Below, one piece after another: positions 26,527-40,100 of a DNA stretch of 64,000 nucleotides. A program made the position numbers and the translations under genes. The notes under the pieces are model-generated. The model had not been told where the DNA came from, did not search any database, and was given only the letters and a program-made list of their open reading frames with translations. This DNA is from Phoronis australis (taxonomy: Eukaryota > Animalia > Phoronida), in contig NMRA01000454.1 in assembly GCA_002633005.1 (NCBI GenBank), forward strand, positions 302,437 through 366,436, in the 5' to 3' direction. How positions within the stretch are numbered: position 1 is the stretch's first letter; every line of letters begins with the position of its first letter.

Positions 26527-26754
26527 TTAAAGTAATACATTTGCAGCAGTATGAATAACACTCCACATGCAACCAGATACCAGGCGTACATGTAACATCT
26601 CAGTCTCAAATCGGACGGTTGAGTGGCTCTCGCGGCAGTATTTATCAGTGTGTTGTGGTGCGAGATTTGGCGAGAGCGTCTTATTGCATTGTTAGTAGTC
26701 GGAGAGAATCGAGAACTTAGTGTCACATTTTGTCAATATAAATCAGTGCAACGG

Positions 26755-27772
26755 AGTATCCCAGGACGCTACTGTGTGCCGCTATGCGACATGGAAACAC
26801 GATAGCGGGCATGTCTTTCCGAAAGACAAAGAACTTCAGAAAAAATGGATCATCACCGTCAAGCAATTGGATTCGAACAACTCCCGTAAACTCTGGGAAA
26901 AGCGACCGCATGATTTTTTTACGGCCACTTTACAAAGGACGATTACAGAGCAGCGGAAATTATGGTTAGTAACTGTAAATCTTACGCAGATATTCTTAGT
27001 TTAAATATTTACCGGTAGCGAATGACCATCTGCGCATTTCCTGGTCCGAGATTTCGAGTACAGTGTCCCACAATACACATGTCGTCCTAACAATGATGAG
27101 GTTAGATTACCTGTTCGTCCGAGAACGCTGAAATTTTATCGGAATAAAAATGATATTTTCAAGTGATGTATTGTTTTTTTTTGCTAAAACTAGTATAGTA
27201 TAGATTAAGGCTATTGCAGACATTGAATTTCAGTTCTGAGTGATCACGATGGAATGGCCTTCTTGCACATCGAGTAGAATGAATTTACATACAAACAGTT
27301 ACGCCTGGATTACAGCTGTAACTAATAGTTAGCTCTGAACATTGGCAGCAGCCTCAGCCTACAAGCACGAACTCTGCATTTAAAAAGTATATATTAGCGC
27401 CAGGTTTCAGAATAACTGTATAATACTGTTTTTTACCAAAGTTCTTTAAGTCGAGTCAGTTCATCCCACATTGTTCTGTTTACTTTTAACTGTTTATGGC
27501 TTCACACATGGTTAAAAGATAGTTTACCCCCTGTCTACAATTTCACGTAACTGCCAAATCTTAGAACGCGAAAATGGGTTTGTTTTGGCAATTTTTCTCC
27601 TCAACTGATATGGGATCCTATGTTGAAAGTCCAAGATGAGATACTTAACATATGTTGTAACATATTTAGCTCAAAGAAGAAGACTGAAGCCAGGTGGTGT
27701 TCCCACCTTCTTAAAGAATCCAACTTCTGTATCAGCCAGATGTGAACGACTAGCTAAACGACAAAAAAGTTG
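26755..27772 (+). pseudogene. Degenerate two-exon THAP-domain gene of a DNA transposon
   Basis: CVPLC...HVFPKDKELQKKWI...HFTKDDY, then second exon QRRRLKPGGVPTF (AVPTIF-box-like); frameshifts. Confidence 0.7.
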
Positions 27773-29559
27773 TAAGTATTTCAAACATGATATTCATAGA
27801 GTATCCGCTCTGGATGCAACGTTCGGCTAAGCATCCTCCTCGTTTTTCTCGAAAGTTCACTTTAAAACGCCCACGTTTTTTTGTGTCGTTTTTTTTTAGT
27901 TTCGTAGTTTAAACATTGGTGTTAATGGCTACGGCAAGAAATGGAGATTCCCGTAGTCGATAGCTTAAAGCGATAGATGTCTGTGTCCATCATAGCTGAA
28001 TTCATTGGCTCATACTAAAGGACAGCAATATTTTTTTCTTTATAGCCAAAATCTCTAGTATTTGTAAACGGCAAACACCTTTTCATGTCGTAGTATATTA
28101 TGTTTGTTATTCATTCAGCTGATACATAAAATGACAAATTTCAATCAGATACTGGACTTGCTTTAAAAAATGAAAGGTAGTGTCTGCATAAGAAACTTTC
28201 ACAATCAATGTCTGTTAAAACGGGCATTCAAGTCTCTCATGAATCGTCACTTTCATTTCATGAGAGGATTGCTTGGCTTTATCTTAGCAGACAGGGAAGC
28301 CTGTGGCGCAGTTTAGCATGTGTTGAACCACACATTATGTAACTCTCCCATAACATTACATCACAACCCACGTGACGAAAATGCCGATGATTCGGTATTT
28401 GGTTAATGGAAGACTTCGTGATGGATACACTGTGTTTCATTCTTTTAAAGCAAATCAGTCCAAGAACTTTGGCTCGTATTACTGTTCATGTCAATAGCAA
28501 AACCTTACTAAAAGCCATAATCTTTGTGTAATTCTAGCCTTATCCACTATCCATGTATAATTGAAGTTATCTTTCACATTTAGCTACAATTTATCTAATT
28601 GTTCAACCTAAATATATTCTTGAAATTAATTTGTTTCCTCAGAAAATAATTGTTATCACAGTTTTTCTTTTATTCTTTTTCCCTGCTCTTTTTACCAACT
28701 AGTTGTAAAAAAGTCGTAATAACGTTACTTTCCGGAGGAACCAGTCTTTGACGAAATGACAGTCGGGGCTATGGTAGAAGGTGTCCTGTGTGAGTTGATT
28801 CTTCTTGCTGGTCACTGTCTCTCGTGTCGCAACATCTGCAGGCACTTTCTTCTACCAACGATTCCTCTCATTGGTCACAGTCCCTCGTGACTCAACACGT
28901 GTAGTCAGTACATGTATCTTACTACTCACGATACAAGTGACAAGGCCTCAGTAACCTTCCTGTTCGTTAACACTTGCCCATTCCAAGATCCTCTTTAGAA
29001 TCTTCCACGGCATGACAATTCCCTCTGTACACTGCAGCAAGACTTCCAACTTCAACTACTATACCTCATTTGAATATCCTATTATTTTCAGCCCATATTA
29101 TAATATTTTACTTATTTAGCGATTGGCTAATAAAAACCACATGGTCTTATCTAATCTTATCATTGGCTGTTACGATTTGCTCTCAGGAATTTCTAGAATC
29201 TCTAGAGTGCTTTGACCTCAGAACCAAAGTACAAAAAACATCTAAAGTAGATTTTGACGTTAACATACATGTCAACAAGTTTGACCCAGGGATTACATAT
29301 GCACAAATTTTGAACAACAAAAAATGGATCTATTCTTACTAACTTAATCAATATTTATTATGACTATTTTTAAAACCACTTAAACATTTGTAGATTTTAC
29401 TAATACACTTCTGTGTTCATTTTCAGAAGATATTTTGAAATTATAATTTCTTCATATGCGACACAAAACAGGATCCGGAGCGTGGTTATGCGATTTATCT
29501 TTTTTCTAGGCACGAGTAAGATTTAGAAGCGCAAAGGAAAAACCCACACACAAATGCAA

Positions 29560-30440
29560 AAGGGTGGGTGCTTAACATTTTGGCCTCACGCATTGGCCAT
29601 TTAAGTGTTTTCTATTTGGTTTTTGTTGGTAAATCACATTGCAAACTCAAAAAGCAAAAAGAACAGTGAAAGTGGCCTAATGCCATTTGCTGTGCATTGG
29701 ACGTGCACAGGGGTCATGGTTGAGCCCATTGCATGAAACACCTGAGCTACAGTGTATAGCACGAGAGCTCCATTATGGTTCTTCAGGCACAAAATGCAGA
29801 ACGCTTGCTCCTATCTTTGCGACTACGTCTTCATTCTCACTGCCATCAATTCCCAGATGGACCATGAAGCAAAGTTTATTGACGGTTCTTTCAATTGCAA
29901 GCTTGTTAAGCTCATCAGTACAAGCATTAACACAACGAGGGTTGACCCTTAGGTTCTTTAGGACTTTTACTGCTGCCTGGCTATCTGACAAGATGGTAAT
30001 TGGCTGAGTGCCAAGCTCGGTGTGTATATCGTGCCATTTGAGCATCTCTTATTTACAGTGATCTCAGCCTGGAACACCGTGGCAAAATTGCTAAGCGATA
30101 CCCAGCCAAGTTTATGCATCTAAACAGGAAGGCTTGGAAAATAGACTCCAGAACCAGCCTGGCCATTTTCCAGATGGGATCCAATCCGTATAACAAACCA
30201 TCTCTTTCTTGTGTTCTTCGGTAGGCCAATCATCACCAATTCCCTTCACTTGAAGAAATTGTTCGTGTGATTTAAAGCTGTGATCTGGACATCACTAGGC
30301 ATGTTCCATAATTGCCCAGTCTTGGCCATTAGCTTATTGCAAACATTCCTGTGGCTTCTGTGTGCAACGGAATCAGGGGTGTGAATTTTCACCCACTGAC
30401 CGAAGTGCAGCTCCTGCAACTTCACCCTCAAGGTACATGT
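29560..30440 (-). mobile_element. Non-LTR retrotransposon remnant with RNase H domain (I/LOA/R1-type)
   Basis: CYTD.GS...GSGVY...ATVFQAEI...ILSDSQAAVKVL...HLGIDGSENEDVVAK. Confidence 0.85.
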
Positions 30441-30714
30441 ATATGTACAGTGGTGGTAGAACGATTAGCATGTCTAGGGCTGCAGAAGGCGTTCTTGGAA
30501 AAGCAGAGGTTATGCACAAACAAGCTGAACGTTGCAGCTGATTAAGTTTGTTGAATTTTACTGCCTTTTGTTTAACACTTTCACAGCTAATTTCTTCGCA
30601 TAACCGGTTTGTATACAGTGCTTGTCATGCATATCACGTCATATAACAACAAGCCGGAGCACACGGCAACAAGATATTGCAGTCATGCAAATAAGTCCAT
30701 AGCTATGGAATAAA

Positions 30715-30880
30715 TAGGTTATCCAACATACATAGGAATACTACTGCGATATCCTATGTCGACTTCATTTCGTATGGGAATGTTCGAACTGGACCTTCGA
30801 TCTCGCTGGCACATTCCCAGATGAAATAAATTCTCGATAGATTATGGCAGTAATTTTCCTATGTATTTGGGATAACCTAT
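30715..30880. mobile_element. Fold-back (palindromic) MITE, ~166 bp
   Basis: ATAGGTTATCC..ATACATAGGAA...GGGAATGT / ACATTCCC...TTCCTATGTAT..GGATAACCTAT; arms pair over most of the length. Confidence 0.8.
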
Positions 30881-31139
30881 ACATGTATACAGTGTACATG
30901 TATGATCGTAAATTTGAAAAAGTGTCTAAGCTTTCTTAGATTATCGTGAACTGATATAATTCAGCACGCTTTACAAACACGTGAATACTGTGAGATTTCA
31001 AAATGTAGAAATGATGTGAAATGGTATCTCTGCATGGCTGTTTTATAGGTAAAATTGTAATTGAATGCCTCGGGTCATCATCATGCTTATTCAGTCGACC
31101 ATTGTACTTTCAACTGATTATCATCACATTATGTTACAG

Positions 31140-31187
31140 GAAGAATACTAAGGGCGTTGATGCTTCTAGGATATTTCAAATATATAG
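31140..31187 (+). CDS. Gene 2 probable signal-peptide exon
   Basis: tgttacag|...AG|gtaagg, 48 nt, phase 1-1; RILRALMLLGYFKYI joins to VHA|CEPG, a plausible cleavage site; start-codon exon not identified with confidence. Confidence 0.6.
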
Positions 31188-33117
31188 GTAAGGCTTCAAC
31201 AACGTATTCGTAGATTATAATTTGCCGATTTTCAAAAATGGTGCGCTGACTTTGTGTGACACTTAGGCCTAGTACTGGATGATAATTTAGTGTTACTTTT
31301 TCTTCACACTACTAAATGGCATTACTTGGAAGATATTCCATGCAGTCTACTAATACCATACATCAATTAATTTGAATTGCAGACCACAAATCCTCAAATT
31401 AGCCAACATTTGAGCTTGTCGGAAAATCAGCCTCTCGGATATCCGCCGTCTTCGGAATGAGCTTTCGCAGAGAGTTCGAACTCAATGGTCTGTCAACGTG
31501 AGCTCGAGAATATTATAGCTTACGTAGCAAAGTTAATAAAGGCAAGTTTCCTCCTGGTGGCCTTTAGTGTCGAGGAACTTACTTGAGGTTAAACTCTGAG
31601 CATCGGTTTCAATCTCTAGCTTACAGTTCTAATGCGGGGGCCATCAAGAGGATTGCACTTGCATTTATGTAAACTGTGATGAAGTTGAGCGCACACGAAC
31701 GAACAATTATTGCCCGTCAATTGATATCTTAGAATTAAGTATCATACATTTACATGTCAAATTCGAGATGAACATCAAATATTAAGCTGCGCACGTCGAA
31801 ATAGCGATGGCGTGAACACAATTTATCTCACGGCCGAAGTAATACTGCGCATATAACTACACAGGAACCAACTTATTCACTTGAAGATTAGACTTTTTAC
31901 TTTTCACTCAACCATTTACGTTTTTGTGAATTCGTAAATTGAAGCACTCATTTGCCTTATTGGCTGGTTTTAGGGTCATTATATGACGTCATTTGATCAA
32001 AACTAAGATTACAGAATGACAGACAATTTGATTAGTGGTTGTTATAGAAACGTGAAAAGAGGCGAAATATAGCAGGTAATACCGTTTGCGTCTCCCTTAA
32101 TATGTCAAAGGAATTTGATTTGGTTAGTACTGACAAAGTGTACAAGAATTTTCCTCTCAATCTTTTGGTTTATACCCATCACACCAATCGGCGAAAAGCC
32201 ATTCAATGGCGCTTCTCCTCTCTTTAAGAGCAGATTGGCTAGATTGAAGACTACTCTGACGATGAACTACAGCGCTTCTGTTTTTGACTGAATACTTTTT
32301 GCATGTACTGTTTATGTTGGCTATGTCTACGAACAGATTAAAAAGTAATCGTTTATATTACGCAGTGGTGGATCCCGTTTAAGTTAAGGTATAGCTACTG
32401 GGTTCGTACAACCCAAGCGTGCGTTCTGTAGGCGGGAAAATCTCGCGAAAATTCAAAATAACGCAAGACTTCGCGAGATTTGGCTATGCATTTTAAGTGA
32501 AGCATGTGATCACACGTACTTCAGGTACAAAACGCTTCATGTTTGCTAATGGGTTATCAATTGAAACTTGGCACGTTATTTATCAAAACGGAGTTATTTA
32601 GTTATAATTGCACACAACTGATGGCAGATTGGCATAAAATCAAAGAGAAAGCCTGCTTGTTTCTACTCTTAGAAAGAAAATATTTACTTTGAAAGACTTA
32701 GTTTAGTAGATTTTTGCTTGTTCTATTTGTCGCTTAGGTCCTACATAACCTTAAAGAGTTCTCACCATGTACTGTCCTAGTTTTTGAGGTTTCAGTTTGC
32801 TAATGTGAAATGGATATCATAAAATGTATTTAAGAAAGCAAATTTTCTGCCAAATACATGTAGTCGCGATTTTTTGTCTTGTTAGTTACTTCCAATTTTT
32901 CCGTCAAATGATGTGATACGTGGAAAACGTTCGGTCACTAGACAATCGATTGCATTGGCGTCCCACAGCAGATCAGAAGACGCGGATGATTATGAGTGAA
33001 AACTGGACAATTACTATGCAGAAGGAGAGGAAAGTGGGCACGGGAATCAAACCCAACACATGAAGAATCAGGCAATGAATTCGATTTCCCACTTACAGTA
33101 AAAACTTTCGTCGGGTT

Positions 33118-33216
33118 CAGGGGCGGATCCAGTATTTTAGGGGGGGGGGGGGGCGGGNATCTGGGAGAGTCTTAGGGGGGGCATGGCCCCTTGGCCCCCC
33201 TCTAAATCCGCCACTG
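33118..33216. mobile_element. MITE family B (CAG[G/T]GGCGGAT TIR), 5-bp TSD GGGTT
   Basis: CAGGGGCGGATCCAG...AAATCCGCCACTG flanked by GGGTT on both sides. Confidence 0.85.
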
Positions 33217-33748
33217 GGGTTTTAGGCCGTATGAACTCGACCCACTTGCACGAGAAATGCCGCAGACTTGTGTGAACCACAACCAATTGAATCACGGAGT
33301 GGCCAATATTAAAGAAATAGACACTTAATAATCAATGACAAAATACTTTTATAACATGTAGAAAATCCACACACGCACCTTTTCTTGTCTGAAAAAGGCG
33401 ATTCTCTGCGGACTTTCCTCACATTTCCTCAGTATCGCATCAAAAACGGCGGAGAGACGGTCTTCCACTCTCTACTTACAACCACGATAACAACAAAATG
33501 CTTTCAAAATAATTTTGGCTTGTTTCTTAGCAACTGCTATGAAATCTCTTAAAAAGTACATGTATTACTAAAATTCTTTTTGAGTCACAGAGTCTTGGTA
33601 AGAACTATTGTAGGTCATGAACAGAAACCAGATTGTGACGTCATTATTTGGTAATTGCTACATGTAAGTTTCAACTCGTTTCAAGGTTTACTAATTGGTG
33701 GTCAACACCATGATTTAAGTACAATCCTGAGATCCCGGTACATTCCAG

Positions 33749-33889
33749 TGCATGCCTGTGAGCCCGGAAGATTTGGAGAAAACTGCAGCAAAATGTGCCA
33801 CTGTATTAACAACGAGACGTGCAACGAACACACAGGCCAGTGTAACGCAGGCTGCCACAAACGCTACACGGGTGACGCCTGCCAACAGC
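33749..33889 (+). CDS. Gene 2 exon: EGF-like module
   Basis: cattccag|...C|gtaagc, 141 nt; HACEPGRFGENCSKMCHCINNETCNEHTGQCNAGCHKRYTGDACQQ. Confidence 0.92.
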
Positions 33890-34466
33890 GTAAGCATGAC
33901 CTCACCATAATCCCAATAATTTTTNNNNNNNNNNNNNNNNNNNNNNNNNNNNNNNNNNNNNNNNNNNNNNNNNNNNNNNNNNNNNNNNNNNNNNNNNNNN
34001 NNNNNNNNNNNNNNNNNNNNNNNNNNNNNNNNNNNNNNNNNNNNNNNNNNNNNNNNNNNNNNNNNNNNNNNNNNNNNNNNNNNNNNNNNNNNNNNNNNNN
34101 NNNNNNNNNNNNNNNNNNNNNNNNNNNNNNNNNNNNNNNNNNNNNNNNNNNNNNNNNNNNNNNNNNNNNNNNNNNNNNNNNNNNNNNNNNNNNNNNNNNN
34201 NNNNNNNNNNNNNNNNNNNNNNNNNNNNNNNNNNNNNNNNNNNNNNNNNNNNNNNNNNNNNNNNNNNNNNNNNNNNNNNNNNNNNNNNNNNNNNNNNNNN
34301 NNNNNNNNNNNNNNNNNNNNNNNNNNNNNNNNNNNNNNNNNNNNNNNNNNNNNNNNNNNNNNNNNNNNNNNNNNNNNNNNNNNNNNNNNNNNNNNNNNNN
34401 NNNNNNNNNNNNNNNNNNNNNNNNNNNNNNNNNNNNNNNNNNNNNNNNNNNNNNNNNNNNNNNNNN

Positions 34467-34620
34467 GCCACCACAGTCACAACCACCGTCGTCATCACCA
34501 CAGTCACCACCGTCACAACCACAGTCACCACCACTTCCACCACCACCAATGCCATAACCACCACCTCCACCGCCACCACCAACATCACAACCATCACCGC
34601 CATCTCAACTACTACCACCA
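34467..34620. repeat. Degenerate (CCA)n microsatellite next to an assembly gap
   Basis: CCACCA/CAGTCA/CCGTCA repeats adjoining the N-run 33925-34466. Confidence 0.9.
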
Positions 34621-34695
34621 TTGATGTCTCTTCCTTTCTCCTGGAACTCGCGACTTCCTTTCCGCTCTCTATCTAACCTAAAGCTGTTATTCCAG

Positions 34696-34836
34696 CTATC
34701 CAGTGCCCACTCAAGGACACGTTCGGATTGGAATGTAACAAAACGTGTCACTGTGTTGAAGGTGGAAAGTGCCATCCCATCACAGGCAATTGCACTTCCG
34801 GTTGCATGGAAGGTTGGGAAGGGGATGGTTGTCAAG
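34696..34836 (+). CDS. Gene 2 exon: EGF-like module
   Basis: tattccag|...G|gtgagc, 141 nt; IQCPLKDTFGLECNKTCHCVEGGKCHPITGNCTSGCMEGWEGDGCQ. Confidence 0.92.
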
Positions 34837-35229
34837 GTGAGCGTTTGGTTAAAAGTACAAATAACGCTAACTGTGCAATAACATTCTTCTTCATCAATCC
34901 AAGCTTTAGTTTCTTTCTGCCGCGACATCCCGAGTAAATTCTCATAACATCTACATGTAGTTCCATACATTAAAGCATTCCTCGTTTTACTTAAACAATA
35001 TAGCAATCGCCGAGCTTAGTATGTCTCGGATTCTCAACCGATGCTCATGGTTTTCAGTCAATACCGAAGACGACGAAACGGGCCAGTTGGGTAAGTTTAC
35101 GTTACAACTCACTGCTTATGACGCATATTCACGAACGTAGGCAAAAGTCGCCTCACAAACCTTGCTAAAGCAGTCACTTGTGCGCCAAGAGTTCAACCTG
35201 GACTCGGACGGTTTGATCTCCCAATTTGA

Positions 35230-35702
35230 TCTGTAAATATTCTGGGGGTTCGTATCTGCTATTAAAATCATTTAGATTAAATGTATCATTTTAGAAATGG
35301 TGTTTTCAATTCCTTACCCCACAATGTGGGTGCAGCCATTAAAACTAACATTCTACGTGACCCAAGAGCAGAAATATTGAACAAAATGTATTTTACGGGC
35401 GCTTTTTGTGAAATTTCAAGATGGCCACCAAGATGGTCACCAATAAAATTAAAATTTCCAATTCACTGACCTCAGAACTGCAGGTGCAGCCATAAAACCT
35501 AACATTCTCAGTGAACCAAGAGCTGATATATTGGGCAAAATCCATTTTTAAAAATCCAAGATGGCCTCCAAGATGGCCACCGAAAAAATGGAATCAATTA
35601 TTTTCTGATTCGTCTCTCCATGAGGTTTCCAAAATGTATTGTTTCTACTTTCCGCAAAAAAATTCAACGAATGTCAAAATTTGGATATAGTGAACCTGAC
35701 TA
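35230..35702. mobile_element. End of a non-autonomous DNA transposon (Academ-like CTA terminus)
   Basis: Internally duplicated ~150-bp block with CAAGATGGC motifs; ends GTGAACCTGACTA. Confidence 0.5.
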
Positions 35703-36885
35703 TTGTGTTGTTAATTGCCATTCTACTTTAAACGGGGATCAAGAGGTGTGTCTATGAATGAGTGGTCAAGTTATGAAAGAGGCAAGGGACGCGAAAACTA
35801 GTCAAAATATCTTCTTAAACAACTACTGACGAAATTACAAAGCCGCAACGTCTACTGCAGCGTTGTGCACTTTTCCATATGGTGGAATTTCGAGAAATTA
35901 TCATCAAATTTACAGTTTTTGAAATACGCGCTAAAGAAAACTCTGTAGTCACCACAGAGATTCTAATCTCGCTCCCACAAATGCGCGCACGCGCTCACAA
36001 TCATTCGCGAAGCATCTGACTGACAAGATGGAAATAAATGTCAGATTATGATATGTGATTACACTGCGAATCTTATGTCGACATTACAGTACGAGGCAAG
36101 CAAATAAACCAAGCAATCTCCCGAAATAAGAATTCCAAGCGAATTTCCAAATCTATTAGAATATTACTGTACATCAATCATTAAATTTAAACACAACTTA
36201 CATCAACTGCTTTTAAATTTATCTGGCTGCTGGTTGACGTCAAAGGTTAAAGGTAACAATTTCCATACACGTGGTGATGCGTCTATGTCTTGCCTTGCCA
36301 AGTAACAAAAAGTGGTTTGCCCCATGTGTCCGAGAAATCGACAAAATGACTAGGACTTGACAGATCGATTTTATTTTTGAAATTTGAAATTAAAGAAAAA
36401 ACTTTGACATCAACAGTATTTCATTTTTACGAGCAAACTGTAAGAACCTTATATATATATATTTATATATACATGTATATATGGGGTGGAGGATCTCAAA
36501 TCACTACGATGGCCTTGTCTATTGTATAGATCAAATATTTTTTTCGACAGAGGCGTTTTTGACATTGTTTATTACTTTGAAAATAAATGTGGTCATGTGA
36601 ATATCGTGTCGAGTAGACAGTTTGGGCAGGGAACTACTTTGACCAATGTAACTTAGCCTGTCTTTCGCATTCCATGCCTATTTAGGATAGACTACAGTGA
36701 GTTTCTACTCCATTATCGCACTTGATAAGATTAAAGTAGGGCCGGGTGTGAATACGTTTGCTACCAAAACATTTTCCAGAAAAAAAAACGCTATAGGCCT
36801 ACTGCTCTCTTCTACGTCTTTGTCTATACATCAAGTGTTGTAGTACGTCTATTTAATAATCTTCAATAGCAAAAATTTATTCCAG

Positions 36886-37172
36886 TCTCAGACGAAACTG
36901 CTGTCTCAAAGGACGATCTGCTTATATTGTTAGCCGCTGGTTTACCCGCCGTGTTTATCATCATTGTCGCTATCATAGTGTGCACGTGCTGTCGTAAGAA
37001 ACCACAGTCGCTCGCACCGCCGAGCGACAACATAGCAATGAGCTCTCACATGACGGAAGAGTCAGTTGCAGACGTTCAGTCCGCCATGACGGAGGAATCC
37101 GAAGAGTCGATGACAGCGTCGTCTGCGTCCAGTTTCACGAGTTCGATGACCGGCTTTAGCTCATCATACTAA
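36886..37172 (+). CDS. Gene 2 terminal exon: TM helix and Ser/Met/Glu-rich tail
   Basis: tattccag| phase 1; LLILLAAGLPAVFIIIVAIIVCTCC-RKK, tail ...SSHMTEES...SAMTEESEESMT...SSSY*. Confidence 0.88.
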
Positions 37173-40100
37173 AACGGGTATCTTAAATGTAAATTCGTGA
37201 AACTACAATAAGGAGTGGGGCGTTCTTTTAGGCCAGCGGAGTATGATGCTTTTTGTTTTTTAAGTGTGCGATTTCCGTTGAAGTGTCGTACCTAGCACCA
37301 CTTTACTGTGCATCTCCTATAATTTATCAAAATCGCCATCGTCAAAATGTATGGTGAAGTCGACTCTGTTCTGACACGAACAGGAAAAGTCGACTCTGTT
37401 CTGACACGAACAGGAACGCTCTGCACGGCATGAGACGGGCATAACACAAATGAGCTTGCGAGTTGAAAACCGGAAGACCTTATTACACAAGTAATTCGAG
37501 AAGTATTGCTGAGGTGATGGAAATTACAGAGAGCTAAAAGAAATTCGTGATTTCCATCATGTATGGATAGCAGTTGCGTGGATTATGTGTTCATCAACCG
37601 ATTTCACGAACGTGTAGTCTAGTCTAAATGGCCCGCTGGATGTCGCTGTCCACCCAATTTTGGCATTTACTTACAGGTGGATTTCGTCGTGGCTAAGTTG
37701 TCATTGTTGTTTTCTTAACCAAATCGCTTGAGGGTTTAAAAGTAACTGTCTGGGAAATGCATGCAATACCGAAAACACATGTCTTTGGAATTACTTGTAA
37801 CTTGTAACACATTCTTAGTATAGAAATGGACACTCCCCAAAATATCGGTTTATTCCAGAAAATGCTATGGTCTTTCATTTTCAGCTAAATTTGGCAGGTC
37901 TGGCGTCATCTGTATGAGGTATTTTTCAAATAAAGATTGTAAAAAGTAATCCATATCCTGCTAAAGCATGCCTTCAACAGCACTCAAAAATCAAAAATAA
38001 CAGATCGTGTCAAAGGTTTCAATTTGAATGTTTGGACTGGGTAACCGCTGGTGTTCACAGGTCGTACAGAATTAAACAGATTAAGGACGCAATATCTGCC
38101 AATGCCGAAAATCATCAGATAGGAGACATATACGGTTTTATCCTCCAATGACTTACAAGAAACGCAGCCGCCGTTGTGTGAGTAATTCCGCTACCTCGTG
38201 CCGTAAAGGTTCTTCAAACACACTCTTTGTTCAAAGTCGGCACTGTAGGCCGCCACTGTTCTGTTATTACTAAAATAGTAGATTTTATAGTGCATTTTGT
38301 ACTGCGTACAGTTGTCACTGCTATAAACCTTGTTATCAATCGTACACTTAACAATCAACTGTGAATTGGCCACGCTAGGACCACAAAGAAGATTACTTCC
38401 TATCACAGCCGCTAGGGGGCGCTGACTTCTAAAGCATAAATGACAGGGGCTTAAACGACGGGCAACGGGCCTGTTTGGTAAGAAATTCGCTCTCACGTTC
38501 CACACAATTATTTCCGAAACATACTTACATGTAAATCACACTGAGAAGTGCCAGCGTAAGACTGAATTTCTGTCCTACGTGTAGGTCATCAGTCACTATG
38601 AAATTAAACTCTGGTCAAATGGGCAGCTCAACATTATTTTGTACCTGAAGTGAGTTATCCTGAAATAAAATTGTAAATTGTCGAATTCATGACTTTATAG
38701 AGTGTCATATTTCAGGGCAAACAAGATTGATAATGTTCTGATAGTTTGTAGCAAGTGAATGGTGCCAACTGAAGGTGTGGGCAATAAATAATGTCTCATA
38801 CTTTTACGAAAATGTCTTCAACAAGAACACCAAACAACTTCAAATACGCATGCGCTCCTCGAAGTCCAACATACACCAACACTGAAAGGACAGGGCATAG
38901 GAAAACATCAGGTGTCCGTATACTACCACTGGGTTAGGCATTATTGTTGTGATAATGAACGCGAGTATGGTTACATCAGCAATGTGAAGTATTTTCCACT
39001 TGTTAGGGATTCGCTATTGAACTAACACGTATTTGAAAAGCGAGGCACGAGAAAGGTCAAAACAAAATTTTGCATATGTCAGATTACTGGCACTAATGCA
39101 GCGTGACTGAACTTCTTAACATGACATGTATGTCTCATTAAATTATCAATACGCAAATGAAGTACAACTTTACAAACAACCTCGGTGTGCCGGAAACAAT
39201 CCGAGATCCAATTACAACTTCGTGAAAGTCTCGTTCTGCGAAAATATTTTTATGTAAATGAGTATGGTAATAGGTCATTGTTGACCCTAATGAAACAAGG
39301 CTTATTGTTATTGCTTGTTCACTGATTTCACTATCAACGAACGATTCGGTAATATTTGGAATTACTGGGGTTTTCTATATGTTCGCACTTGTTTTTCAGT
39401 GCATCATTTGTTATGTTGTCTTGAAAACCGCAATTTATTTACAAATTGTTTCTATTCCTGATTATACTTGTACATAGGATTCTCCAAAAATTCACAAAGT
39501 GGCACGTGCTGCAAATTTAAATATTCGCGGTTTTATTTATCTTTAAACTGATACTTGCACGCCAGTTCCATATCTCTATGTGACTGCCTGATCAAGTTAC
39601 ATGTAGTTAAAAACACAACATATACTGGCGACATGAAAGTAGGTCATTAGTGAAAAGGTCATCTATTTGCAGATTTTTTTTTGTTTCCAATACAAGTTGT
39701 AAATGAATACAACTGCTCTTTGTTCAGCTGAGATGATGTTCGAACAACATTGTCGTTTAGTTCCAGCTATACATAAGCATAGTTAGGAGCATGCAAATAC
39801 ATGTTTAAAGTCGACGCAAAAAGTCCTCATGGTCCAATGAAGCCTCGACCGATTTGCAATGTTCACGTATTTACTTTTGAGGGGCATCATAGATTATAGA
39901 CAACAGATTCGCAACTCCGGCATATTCTTACGAGCTGAGTTGAACTCTCCTGACCTATCTGCTGCAGTTTCCGGTCAGTGTAATTTGACGAGAAATACTT
40001 GCATCTACTTTATTGTCCAAAACAGCGAAAAAACATTAATTTATATTAATTTCGGTATTGAAACGCTTTTCAAAGTCTTTCAATAGTAGAAGTGTTGGTA

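Noticed and set aside
33655-34621. Long ORFs of 300 aa and 239 aa (Pro-rich, Val-rich)
   Set aside because: They run through an N-gap and a CCA microsatellite; only the EGF exon 33749-33889 is real.
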